The notes beneath the pieces were generated by a model, which was not told the origin of the DNA, made no database searches, and worked only from the letters and a program-made list of their open reading frames with translations. This document shows positions 22,701 through 32,967 of a DNA stretch of 32,967 nt, in pieces. A program made the position numbers and the translations under genes. Source of the stretch: Macrostomum lignano (Eukaryota); assembly GCA_002269645.1 (NCBI GenBank), contig NIVC01004863.1:1-32967 (forward strand). Reading direction: 5' to 3'. Positions within the stretch are counted from its first letter, which is position 1. Every line of letters starts with the position of its first letter.

Positions 22701-23379
22701 ATTATAGAATAACACCTCTTCGTAGGGAATTTCTCATTGAGTGAATCACTTGCTGAGAAGATCTCACTAAGGCGAAATTTCATTCGGGGGATGTTTTAGC
22801 GTCAATTCGTCCGCAATCTCATTAAATCCCTCCCATCTCCTTCCCCCGATTTATTGTTCCCAAATCGTTCTCATTTATCCTGCCTTGGCCCATTGGTTTC
22901 CCCATCGGCTCCGCCTTCTCAGCCGGCCACTTCAGCGCCCGCTGCCCCTCCTCCTGAGTTGCTGTTTGCCCTGGCTTCGCTTTCTTGTGTTGCCATGGCA
23001 ACTACCGGGGACTCAATTGCGGTGAGGGGAGAGAGTTATCCGTGAAAGGGTTATTTGGGTGCGCTGGAAACGGTCGTCTTAATGATATTGCGGAATTCTC
23101 CTTCGGCTGAGGCTCTGAGAGGAGCTAATGGGAACTCGCTTTCACCAGCGACCCCCCCCCCTCTGAGCCCCAGGTGGGAAAGGTCAGCGGGGAAGTGAGT
23201 GATGAAGGAGTCTGCGGGAGCCCAGCCCAAATTATGATGGAGGTTTACAAGTGGACCGACTGGAAACTGGCGTCCTTCATCAGCAGCCAATGCCCTCCTA
23301 GCTTTAGCCATTGGGGATTAAATCCCTGATGACTTTTGCTGAAAGAAACTGGCTCAGCCTCGCTGCCGATTTCCCGACA

Positions 23380-23628
23380 CTGCCTGCAAATCTGCCTGCA
23401 AATCTGCCTGCAAATCTGCCTGCAAATCTGCCTGCAAATCTGCCTGCAAATCTGCCTGCAAATCTGCCTGCAAATCTGCCTGCAAATCTGCCTGCAAATC
23501 TACCTGCAAATCTGCCTGCAAATCTGCCTGAAAATCTGCCTGCAAATCTGCCTGCAAATCTGCCTGCAAATCTGCCTGCAAATCTGCCTGCAAATCTGCC
23601 TGCAAATCTGCCTGAAAATCTGCCTGAA
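23380..23628 (+). repeat. 12-bp intronic minisatellite (CTGCAAATCTGC), ~20 copies
   Basis: Visible units (LPAN period). Confidence 0.97.
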
Positions 23629-23674
23629 GAAACATTTTGTGGCTTTGAGGCTTTAAGGCTATAATGTAGTGGCT

Positions 23675-23855
23675 TGGACGGGTCATGACCTCAAACACAG
23701 ACTGGACGGGTCATGACCTCAAACACAGACTGGACGGGTCATGACCTTAAACACAGACTGGACGGGTCATGACCTCAAACACAGACTGGACAGGTCATGA
23801 CCTCAAACACAGACTGGACAGGTCATGACCTCAAACACAGACTGGACGGGTCATG
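23675..23855 (+). repeat. 28-bp intronic minisatellite (TGGACGGGTCATGACCTCAAACACAGAC), ~6 copies
   Basis: Period of 28 verified (23675, 23703). Confidence 0.95.
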
Positions 23856-23934
23856 GTTCGTTTCATGGGCCGTGACATTCAAACGTTCATGGAGTAGGCC
23901 ACGGCTTCAAAGATCATTGTGTAGACTATGATAT

Positions 23935-24145
23935 CAGCAGCTCATTAAGTAGTCTATGACCTCAAAGCAGCTCACTAAGTAGTCTATGACTTCAGAGCAG
24001 CTCATTAAATAGTCTATGACCTCAGCAGCTCATTAAGTAGTCTATGACCTCAAAGCAGCTCATTAAGAAGTCTATGCCTTCAGAGCAGCTCATTAAGAAG
24101 TCTATTCAGCAGCTCATTAAGAAGTCCATGACCTCAGCAGCTCAT
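23935..24145 (+). repeat. ~27-30-bp intronic minisatellite (AGCAGCTCATTAAGTAGTCTATGACCTC), ~8 copies
   Basis: Visible degenerate units. Confidence 0.9.
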
Positions 24146-24198
24146 CAGATAGGCTAGACTAGACCATGACGGATGACTTGAGGCCCCTCAACCCGCAG

Positions 24199-24668
24199 AG
24201 GTCGCAGCCAAGCGCAACATCGAGAAGTACAAGTGCTGCCCAGAGCCCTACCTCGACCTGACCTTCTCGCTGAACATCCGCCGGAAGACGCTGTTCTACG
24301 GCGTGAACCTCATCTGCCCCTGCCTGGCCATCAGCTTCCTCACCATCCTGGTGTTCTACCTGCCCGGCGAGTCGGGCGAAAAAATGTCCCTGTCAATCAA
24401 CATCCTGCTGTCACTCACCGTGTTCTTCTTACTCATCTTCGACATCTGTCCACCAACCTCGCTGGTCGTGCCGCTCATACTCAAGTACCTGCTGTTCACT
24501 ATGATCCTGGTCACTCTGTCAGTCATGGCCACGGTCATTGTGCTCAATGTGCACTGGCGCTCGCCCGACACCTACGTGATGGCGCCCTGGGTCCGCCAGG
24601 TGTTCATGCGCACCCTGCCGAAGCTGCTGCTGATGAAGAAGCCGGAGACTGAGCGACGGAAGGAGGAG
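24199..24668 (+). CDS. nAChR alpha exon 4 (loop C, M1-M3)
   Basis: CAG|AG; [10 protein letters not shown] has the vicinal cysteines that define an alpha subunit. [15 protein letters not shown] (M1), [20 protein letters not shown] (M2, GEK cation filter) and [13 protein letters not shown]...LNVHWRSP (M3). Donor GTGAGT at 24669. Confidence 0.98.
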
Positions 24669-24714
24669 GTGAGTGTTCGATAGTTCGACCTAGCAAATCT
24701 GGTCTGTACCCAAG

Positions 24715-25220
24715 TGAGTGGGTCGAGCTTGACCCAGCAATGCTGAGCAATACTAAAAAATGAGTGGGTCGAGCTTGACCCAGCAATGCTTAGCAATACT
24801 CAAATGAGTGGGTCGAGCTTGACCCAGCAATGCTGAGCACTACTCAAATGGGTGGGTTGAGCTTGACCCAGCAATGCTTAGCAATACTCAAATGAGTGGG
24901 TCGAGCTTGACCCAGCAATGCTGAGCACTACTCAAATGGGTGGGTTGAGCTTGACCCAGCAATGCTTAGCAATACTCAAATGAGTGGGTCGAGCTTGACC
25001 CAGCAATGCTGAGCAATACTCATATGAGTGGGTCGAGCTTGACCCAGCAATGCTGAGCAATACTCAAATGAGTGGGTCGAGCTTGACCCAGCAATGCTGG
25101 GCAATACTCAAATGGGTGGGTCGAGTTTGACCCAGCAATGCTGAGCAATACTCAGTTGAGTGAGTCGAGCTTAACCCAGCAATGCTGGGCAATACTCAAA
25201 TGGGTGGGTCGAGCTTGACC
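24715..25220 (+). repeat. 44-bp intronic minisatellite with an internal palindrome (GAGTGGGTCGAGCTTGACCCAGCAATGCTGAGCAATACTCAAAT), ~11 copies
   Basis: Period of 44 verified (24982, 25026, 25070). Confidence 0.97.
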
Positions 25221-25271
25221 TAAAAAAATCGAGAAGCAATCTAAGCGTTCCCAGTCTTCGCCACTCCGCAG

Positions 25272-25557
25272 GTGATCCCCAATATCGGCGGCACGGACAC
25301 CGAGGCTCTCTGCGCTTTCCTTGCCGACGAATTCGACGACGGCGAGGTGATGCGCGAGCGGCTGCGCAGCCGGCGCACCGCCATGACCAGCTCCGGCATC
25401 ATCAACGAGATCGAGCTGGCGCTGGAGGGCGTCCGCAACATCGCCACGCACATGAAAAAGGAGGACGAGAGGAATACGATTCGCGACGACTGGAAGTACG
25501 TGGCCGTGGTGCTGGACCGCCTCTTCATGTGGCTGTTTAGCTGCGCTGCCATCATTG
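25272..25557 (+). CDS. nAChR alpha exon 5 (cytoplasmic loop, MA helix, M4)
   Basis: CAG|GTG; ALEGVRNIATHMKKEDERNTIRDDWKYVAVVLDRLFMWLFSCAAII-G|GTGGGT. Confidence 0.96.
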
Positions 25558-25752
25558 GTGGGTTGCACTTGATTGGTCTTGTACCACACAGCCTTGCACC
25601 AATTTTATTTACTCTCTTAGTTCAACGAGTGTTTAAAATGGTTAACGAATTTTCTTGTATTTTCTTGCTTTACTACTTGCAGTAGCCTAACTAGGATATT
25701 AAAATATGATTTGAAGATTTATAAATTATACACTCCCACTCCCCAATATCAG

Positions 25753-25871
25753 GCGCTCTCGGCATCTTCATGCAGGCTCCGAGCCTTCGAGACACCAAAG
25801 AGAGCCTGACGCACTTCAACACCCAGTCTCGAATGCCGACTATTCTGAGAGAATGCGATCGCAAAGGCTGA
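25753..25871 (+). CDS. nAChR alpha terminal exon
   Basis: CAG|GC; phase-1 join gives GALGIFMQAPSLRDTKESLTHFNTQSRMPTILRECDRKG*. This resembles the invertebrate nAChR C-terminal ILQAPSL.D motif. Confidence 0.85.
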
Positions 25872-25965
25872 AACTGCTGCGTTGGTTTGGGGCTTGGGTG
25901 TCGGCTGTGCCCTTGGACTTTTGACTAAAGTTTCTTTAATGTATCTCACCGCTTGGAATCTCTAC

Positions 25966-26704
25966 TCAGTCCATTTCTAACCCAGTCAGCCCACCTCACT
26001 CCCCTTGACGCGCACTGCTCTGTCCTCAGTCCATTTCTAACCCAGCCAGCCCCACCTCACTCCCCTTGACGCGCACTGCTCTGTCCTCAGTCCATTTATA
26101 ACCCAGCCAGCCTCACCTCACTCCCCTTGACTCGCACTGCTCTGTCCTCAGTCCATTTATAACCCAGCCAGCCCCACCTCACTCCCCTTGACTCGCACTG
26201 CTCTGTCCTCAGTCCATTTCTAACCCAGCAAGCCCCACCTCACTCCCCTTGACTCGCACTGCTCTCTCCTCAGTCCATTTCTAACCCATCCAGCCCCACC
26301 TCACTCCCCTTGACGCACACCACTCTCTCCTCAGTCCATTTATAACCCAGCAAGCCCCACCTCACTCCCCTTGACTCGCACTGCTTTCTCCTCAGTCCAT
26401 TTCTAACCCAGCCAGCCCCACCTCACTCCCCTTGACGCACACCACTCTCTCCTCACTCCATTTATAACCCAGCAAGCCCCACCTCACTCCCCTTGACGCG
26501 CACTGCTCTGTCCTCAGTCCATTTATAACCCAGCAAGCCCCACCTCACTCCCCTTGACTCGCACTGCTTTCTCCTCAGTCCATTTCTAACCCAGCCAGCC
26601 CCACCTCACTCCCCTTGACGCACACCACTCTCTCCTCACTCCATTTATAACCCAGCAAGCCCCACCTCACTCCCCTTGACTCGCACTGCTCTGTCCTCAG
26701 TCCA
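25966..26704 (+). repeat. 61-bp minisatellite (CTCAGTCCATTTCTAACCCAGCCAGCCCCACCTCACTCCCCTTGACGCGCACTGCTCTGTC), ~12 copies
   Basis: The pattern shifts by one base per 60-nt line, giving a period of 61. Confidence 0.97.
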
Positions 26705-27260
26705 ATTGACACCGTGCCGCTTCACACTGCTTCCAGAAGTCTCATCGTTGAATGCTAAAACTGCCTCACTTCGCTTAGCTCTCGATGATCAGAGTGACTT
26801 CTTGCTTATGTTTTGATTTTTAACGCATTCAATCTCCCACAGTTGAGCGCAATTTATCAATCAAGTCAATTTCCTAACTGTTGAATTTGGTATTGTTTCT
26901 TAATGCTCTGTTTCAGTGTACTATTTTCAGAATTTGTATATAGAAATTGCGAATTTCCTGTGCAGCACAAATATAGGTAGTAAAAGCTTTCAAAGCAGCC
27001 GATTTCCTGAGTAGCTTTTCACCTGGAGCCTGCCATTCTATTTTGCGACTATTTTGTAAATTAATTTTAGCCCCCATAAGCCCGCTCTATCTATATTTAT
27101 ATTCAATAAATATAGCCCTCTGAACTGAGGAATGACGCTACAATATCGCATCAAGTGGGCAAATTAGTTGATTGAGATAAATGGCTTTTCGTTTTGATTA
27201 AAACTTCTCAACATTATATGCTACTTTTTGTTTTTAAGTGTTATTGTCAATAGACTCGTA

Positions 27261-27476
27261 GAGAGCTCGTCTCTGATTGGAGGAGCGAGGTAGAGAGGAA
27301 AGGACACGGTATGAGAGCTCGTTTCTGATTCGAGGAGTGGGTTAGAGAGGAAAGGACACGGTATGAGAGCTCGTCTCTGATTGGAGGAGCGGGTTAAAGA
27401 GGAAAGGACACGGTATGAGAGGTCGTCTCTGATTGGAGGAGCGGGTAGAGAGGAAAGGACACGGTATGAGAGCTCC
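27261..27476 (+). repeat. ~52-bp purine-rich minisatellite, ~4 copies
   Basis: GAGAGCTCGTCTCTGATTGGAGGAGCG...GGAAAGGACACGGTAT units start at 27261, 27313, 27365 and 27417. Confidence 0.93.
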
Positions 27477-28100
27477 TCGTTAGTTGGGTGAGGGGGTAGA
27501 GAAGAAGAGACACAACTTACTGAGTGTTCATTTCAATACCATTTAGCGTGAGTATACTCGTAGTTACTCCGAATGCCGAATGGAAGCCGTAGCTTTGCCT
27601 GAACTTGAAACTTAAGTTTGATAATCTAAGAGAGCCCAGTTTAAATTTGGGTGAAACAACGGAACAATGGAGACAGTGTTAGTTAGAGTTCGCGAACCGT
27701 AAAGAAAGGGCCACTAGCCCGGCTGACCCTGGCTTAGCATGCTGTGACCATTCTTTGACTAATGGCCTGCTAAGCTTATTAGCCTTACAATGGACTGAGA
27801 CAGGAGTTCTGGGCACCTACAATGTAGGTATCATCTTTTGAACCCGGTGCAAAATGAACAGGCCTGCAGCAGAATTTTAAAAAGAGGGCAAGTTAAATTG
27901 CAGTTTAATGACGTGAGAAGCGCCATCTTGACAAGCAGAGGAAACCTCAATGCAAAAGCATTTGAGATTGCTTTCACAATTGCCACAGAAGATCACAGTC
28001 TTCTTGTATAGACGGAGTCTGGTAGAAAACTGAATGAGATTGATTGATTTGGATCACTGCCGCTGCAAATGAAAGGAGCGTGTTACCGTGAAAACTACTG

Positions 28101-28817
<717 letters not shown>

Positions 28818-29280
28818 ATCTTGTTAATTAGCATGCTGTTAGCTTCTGCCACCGCACAATAGTGAGTAGGGTTTTTGAGTAGTCGCTGAGCAGCTGGCCA
28901 GAGTGCAGGGCTCGCACTCGAGCACAGATCAGAGAGAAGAGCCACACCCGCACACCGCATGTGTTTGCCGATACCACCGCTGTAGCAGCAGCCATTGTGC
29001 CCACATCGCAACGGAAGAAGAGGCACAAGGCTCACCCAGTCTTCTCTGCCCCCCCCCGCCCCAGCAACGCAGAAGAGCCACGCGGAGAGTCAGTCGGTGC
29101 CAAACTCATGGCAAGGCCATAAGGAGTTGATTTTCCTTCAATTCTCACAACTTGAATGAGTCGCCAGCAGCTTAGAGTCCTCGCTATGGAAGACTCACCC
29201 ACGCACACATTTGCACTACTCATTCTTCTCTTCTCTCTCTCTCCAGACTCTCCTCATTGGTTCTCAGCCCGCCTGTTTCT

Positions 29281-29443
29281 ATGCAAACAGAGAAGCGCTG
29301 CCTGCTGCTCAAGAGCCGGCTCGGAGATCATCTGGATTCCCCGGGCAAGCCTTCCAAGCCAGCCTCCGTGCTGCATCAGCCCGAGTTTCAGATACGAGTA
29401 GTAAGAGCCAGCCTCTGTTGATGCCAACTGGAATTATCAAGCC
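29281..29443 (+). CDS. KIF12: Probable first coding exon of the kinesin (start at 29281 with a frameshift, or at 29421)
   Basis: Strong polypyrimidine acceptor ends at 29246. Donor CC|GTGAGT at 29444 is phase-compatible with the next exon (MPTGIIKP|AGALAQ...). Confidence 0.5.
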
Positions 29444-29524
29444 GTGAGTTGGTGAAACATTCTTTGTTCACTGTTGCTACATGGGACGAGTTCAAACTCA
29501 AGATGCCCCCTCCCTGATTTGCAG

Positions 29525-29626
29525 GGCCGGAGCCCTGGCGCAGAGGGCCCCAAGGGCGGCAGGTTCAGGAGTTGGGAAGTCTGCCAAGTCTGCGACCGCC
29601 AGCTTTCACGCCTATGTGGCTGTCAG
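29525..29626 (+). CDS. KIF12: Kinesin exon leading into the motor domain
   Basis: TTGCAG|G; ...KSATASFHAYVAV-AG|GTAC joins the next exon to give VAVRVRP, the kinesin motor start motif. Confidence 0.8.
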
Positions 29627-29698
29627 GTACTGCCTGACCGTGTGAATATCGATTTTCCAGTTCAATACTGACATTCGATTCACGGCCTGAACCTTGAT

Positions 29699-30487
29699 TC
29701 ACTCCTGAAACCCCCGAAGCCCGCTCCAGAATCCTACAGCTCACTCCAGAAGCCTACAACTCACTCCAGATACCTACAGCTCACCCCATAAACCTAAAGC
29801 TCACTCCAGAAACCTACAGCTCACTCCTGAAACCTACAGCTCACTCCCGAAGCCTACATCTCACTCCAGAAACCTACAGGTTACTCTCGAAACCTACAGC
29901 TCACTCCAGAAACCTACAGGTTACTCTCGAAACCTACAGCTCACTACAGAAACCTACATCTCACTCCAGAAACCTACAGCTCACTACAGAAACCTGCAGC
30001 TCACTTTAGAAACCTACATCTCACTCCAGAAACCTACAGCTCACTTTAGAAACCTACAGCTCACTCCAGAAACCTACATCTCACTCCAGAAACCTACAGC
30101 TCACTTTAGAAACCTACATCTCACTCCAGAAACCTACAGCTCACTTTAGAAACCTACATCTCACTCCAGAAACCTACATCCCACTCCAGAAACCTACATC
30201 TCACTCCAGAAACCTACAGCTCACTCTCGAAACCTACATCTCACTCCAGAAACCTACAGCTCACTCTCGAAACCTAAAGCTCACTCCAGAAACCTACAGT
30301 TCACTCCAGAAACCTACAGTTCACTCCAGAAACCTACAGTTCACTCCAGAAACCTACAACTCACTCCAGAAACCTACAGTTCACTCCAGAAACCTACAGC
30401 TTACTCCCGAAACTTACAGCTCACTCCCAAAACCTACATCTCACTCCAGAAGCTTACAGTTCACTCTCTAAACCCGCATCACTCCAG
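29699..30487 (+). repeat. 20-bp intronic minisatellite (TCACTCCAGAAACCTACAGC), ~39 copies
   Basis: Visible units running right up to the 3' splice site. Confidence 0.97.
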
Positions 30488-30682
30488 AGTGAGGCCGCCC
30501 GAGCAGCCGTCGCCCAAGTGGCAGCCGCTGATCCGTTACCCCGGCAACGCCAGTCTGGCCTTCAACTGGCAGGGAATGCAGCGCGTCTTCAACTTCGACG
30601 TGGTCTTCGAGGAGGCGGCGAGTCAGTCGGAGGTGTTCGACAACTGCGGCGTGAAGGATCTGATTCAGTTGGCTCTGGAGGG
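30488..30682 (+). CDS. KIF12: Kinesin motor exon
   Basis: VRPPEQ...RVFNFDVVFEEAASQSEVFDNCGVKDLIQLALEG|GTGAGC. Confidence 0.95.
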
Positions 30683-30758
30683 GTGAGCCTCGGTACTCTG
30701 CCACTCTGGTGGGTTTTCCCAGACTAATAGAACTGACTCATCCCCCTAATTATTGCAG

Positions 30759-30834
30759 CTACAACTGCACCTGCTTTGCATACGGTCAGACGAACAGCGG
30801 TAAAACTTACACAATGACCGGACCGCCTGATGAG
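30759..30834 (+). CDS. KIF12: Kinesin P-loop exon
   Basis: GYNCTCFAYGQTNSGKTYTMTGPPDE|GTAC. The TGPP after the P-loop is KIF12-like. Confidence 0.96.
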
Positions 30835-30924
30835 GTACCTCTGCTGCAGTGCGCACTGCTTTGGGAGGAAACGCTTGCATTAGCCGCGGCTAGCAGAGAG
30901 TAGAATGAGAAAATATGTAGCGCC

Positions 30925-31366
30925 GTAGGCTACTGGAGTGAGCTGTAGGTTACTGGAGTGAGCTGTAGGTTACTGAGTGAGCTGTAGGTTACTGGAGTGA
31001 GCTGAATGTTACTGGAGTGAGCTGTAGGTTACTGAAGTGAGCTGTAGGTTACTGAAGTGAGCTGTAGGTTACTGAAGTGAGCTGTGGATTACATGGTGTG
31101 AGCTGTAGGAAGTTTCAGGACTGAGCTGTAGGTTTCAGGAGTGAGCTGTAGGTTACTGGAGTGAGCTGTAGGTTACTGGAGTGAGCTGTAGGTTACTGGA
31201 GTGAGCTGAATGTTACTGGAGTCAGCTGAATGTTACTGGAGTGAGCCGTAGGTTTCAGGAGTGAGTTGTAGGTTACTGAAGTGAGCTGTGGTTACTGAAG
31301 TGAGCTGTGGATTACATGGTGTGAGCTGTAGGAAGTTTCAGGAGTGAGCTGTAGGTTTCAGGAGTG
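30925..31366 (-). repeat. 20-bp intronic minisatellite (GAGTGAGCTGTAGGTT[AC/TC]..), reverse complement of the 29699-30487 family, ~22 copies
   Basis: The reverse complement of GTAGGTTTCAGGAGTGAGCT is AGCTCACTCCTGAAACCTAC, which is present at ~29818. Confidence 0.95.
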
Positions 31367-31403
31367 ATCTATGGATCCTGTATCATCTCCCGAAAATCTG
31401 CAG

Positions 31404-31550
31404 ACCCAGCAGCACGGAGTGTCGGGCTTGGCCGGCCAGTCCAGAGGCCTGGTTCCGAGGTCGTTCACGCACATTTTCGACCTGCTCCGGAGTCGCGGCG
31501 CCCAAGGCTTCAAAGTGTACGCCACTTACTTTGAGATCTACAATGAACAG
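31404..31550 (+). CDS. KIF12: Kinesin motor exon
   Basis: CAG|ACC; GLVPRSFTHIFDLL...VYATYFEIYNEQ|GTGGG. Confidence 0.96.
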
Positions 31551-31630
31551 GTGGGGATATATTTGTTGTAGGAATTTTAACTGGCTTCGTATGGAATTTT
31601 TACGACTCAATAATCCACTCATGCCCGCAG

Positions 31631-31765
31631 ATTACCGACCTTCTTAATCCCCGGTCAATTTATCCCCACACAATTCGCTGGAGCTCAACATCCGGCTTCT
31701 ACGTTGACAATTTGTTTGTGATTGAGTGCGACTCTGCGACGACCTGATGGGCGTGCTGGCCGCGG
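31631..31765 (+). CDS. KIF12: Kinesin motor exon with an apparent 1-bp deletion at ~31736
   Basis: ITDLLNPRSIYPHTIRWSSTSGFYVDNLFVIECDS then, after a frame shift, DDLMGVLAAG|GTGAGG. The RW...GFYV.NL..... segment is typical of KIF12/kinesin-16. Confidence 0.88.
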
Positions 31766-31784
31766 GTGAGGCTCGGGAGTGATA

Positions 31785-32325
31785 GTAGCGGAGTGACAGA
31801 ATCGGAGTGTTGCAAAAGGAGTGACAGAATCGGAGTGATGCAAAAGGAGTGACATAATCGGAGTGATGCAAAAGGAGTGACAGAATCGGAGTGTTGCAAA
31901 AGGAGTGACAGAATCGGAGTGTTGCAAAAGGAGTGAGTGTTGCAAAGGAGTGATGCAAAGCAGTGACAGAATCGGAGTGACGGAATCGGAGTGACAAAAT
32001 CGGAGTGATGCAAAAGGAGTGACAGAATCGGAGTGTTGCAAAAGGAGTGATGCAAAGCAGTGACAGAATCGGAGTGACGGAATCGGAGTGACAAAATCGA
32101 GTGACAGAATCGGAGTGACAAAATCGGAGTGACAAAATCGAGTGACAGAGTCAGAGTGACAGAATCGGAGTGACAGAATCGGAAGTGACAGAATCGGAGT
32201 GACAGAATCGGAGTGACAGAATCGGAGTGACAGAATCGGAGTGACAGATCGGAGTCGGAGTGACAGAATTGGAGTAACAGAATCAGAGTGACAGAATCAG
32301 AGTGACAGAATCGAATCGGAGTGAT
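31785..32325 (+). repeat. 14-bp minisatellite (CGGAGTGACAGAAT) interleaved with GTGTTGCAAAAGGA variants
   Basis: Visible irregular tandem units. Confidence 0.93.
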
Positions 32326-32532
32326 AATATCGCAATTAATAGCTCGTAGAGGAAAGAGTTATATTCGAGACTTTTAAAATGCAATCAGCCTTGTGTATAA
32401 TAACCCATAAGAATATAAAAACATAGAAAAACCGCTATTGAAACTACTGATGATAGCTTGAAGTAGTCAGTAGCGATTTTTACAACCGACTAAAAAAAAC
32501 ATGATAGAACAATATTCTTACTCGTCAAACAG

Positions 32533-32692
32533 GCCTCGCCAACCGCAGGATGGACCGGGCAGCCAGAACGAATTTTCGAGGCCGGTCGCACAGCGCTCTT
32601 CTCGATCATGATTGACACGCAGGCGCCGGGAGGCCGGCAGCGGCAGGCCACGGTGACCCGGCACGGCAAGCTCACCTTTGTTGATCTCGCCG
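32533..32692 (+). CDS. KIF12: Kinesin switch I/II exon with multiple small indels; the gene continues beyond the window
   Basis: GLANRR...NEFS.RSH.LFSIMIDT...HGKLTFVDLAG|GTGAG, spread across shifting frames. The 160-nt exon length is incompatible with phase1-phase1 by +1. Confidence 0.85.
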
Positions 32693-32699
32693 GTGAGAC

Positions 32700-32967
32700 A
32701 CTGGACACCCTGATACCCCTCACCCTGATACCCCATACCCTGGTATCCCACACCTTAATACGCCCACACCCTGATACCCACACCTGATACCCCACACCCT
32801 GATATCCAACACCATGATACCCCATACCCTGACACCCCATACCCTGACACCCCACACCTTGCACACCCATACCCTGATACCCCACACCCTACCCAACACC
32901 CTGATACCCCACACCCTGATACCCAACACCATGATACCTCACACCCTAATACCCCACACCCTGATAC
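32700..32967 (+). repeat. ~15-bp intronic minisatellite (CCCCACACCCTGATA), truncated by the window end
   Basis: Visible units with irregular C-run lengths. Confidence 0.95.

Noticed and set aside
22821-23327. Insertion flanked by the 11-bp direct repeat ATTAAATCCCT (22821 and 23317)
   Set aside because: There are no convincing terminal inverted repeats, poly-A tail or coding remnant between the copies, so it may be chance.
24715-25220. CRISPR array (palindromic 44-bp repeat)
   Set aside because: There are no spacers and it lies inside a spliceosomal intron.

Overview
Eukaryotic (animal) genomic DNA. About half of the window (~16 kb by hand count) is tandem repeat: more than 20 distinct micro- and minisatellite arrays, many inside introns. 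The repeat-stuffed introns, GC3-rich CAG/CTG-rich exons and scattered 1-bp indels suggest an invertebrate long-read assembly, possibly the flatworm Macrostomum lignano (inference, not verified). Three genes are recognisable. (1) A divergent Neuralized-like gene with two NHR domains on the minus strand (4510-3330, one frameshift, no RING seen). (2) A six-exon cation-type nicotinic acetylcholine receptor alpha subunit on the plus strand (~17219-25871). (3) The 5' part of a KIF12-like kinesin on the plus strand (~29281 to beyond the window end) with several 1-bp frameshifts. Best extra observations: a 679-bp foldback DNA transposon with an 8-bp target-site duplication (15970-16648); the same 20-bp minisatellite in opposite orientations in the two introns bracketing the kinesin P-loop exons; a minisatellite resembling a tRNA-Lys primer-binding site; and a diverged orphan copy of a nAChR exon end plus its splice donor. 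The long ORFs in the track (986, 353, 325 aa) are repeat artefacts. No CRISPR array, rRNA or tRNA gene was seen. I found no clearly new multi-gene system.
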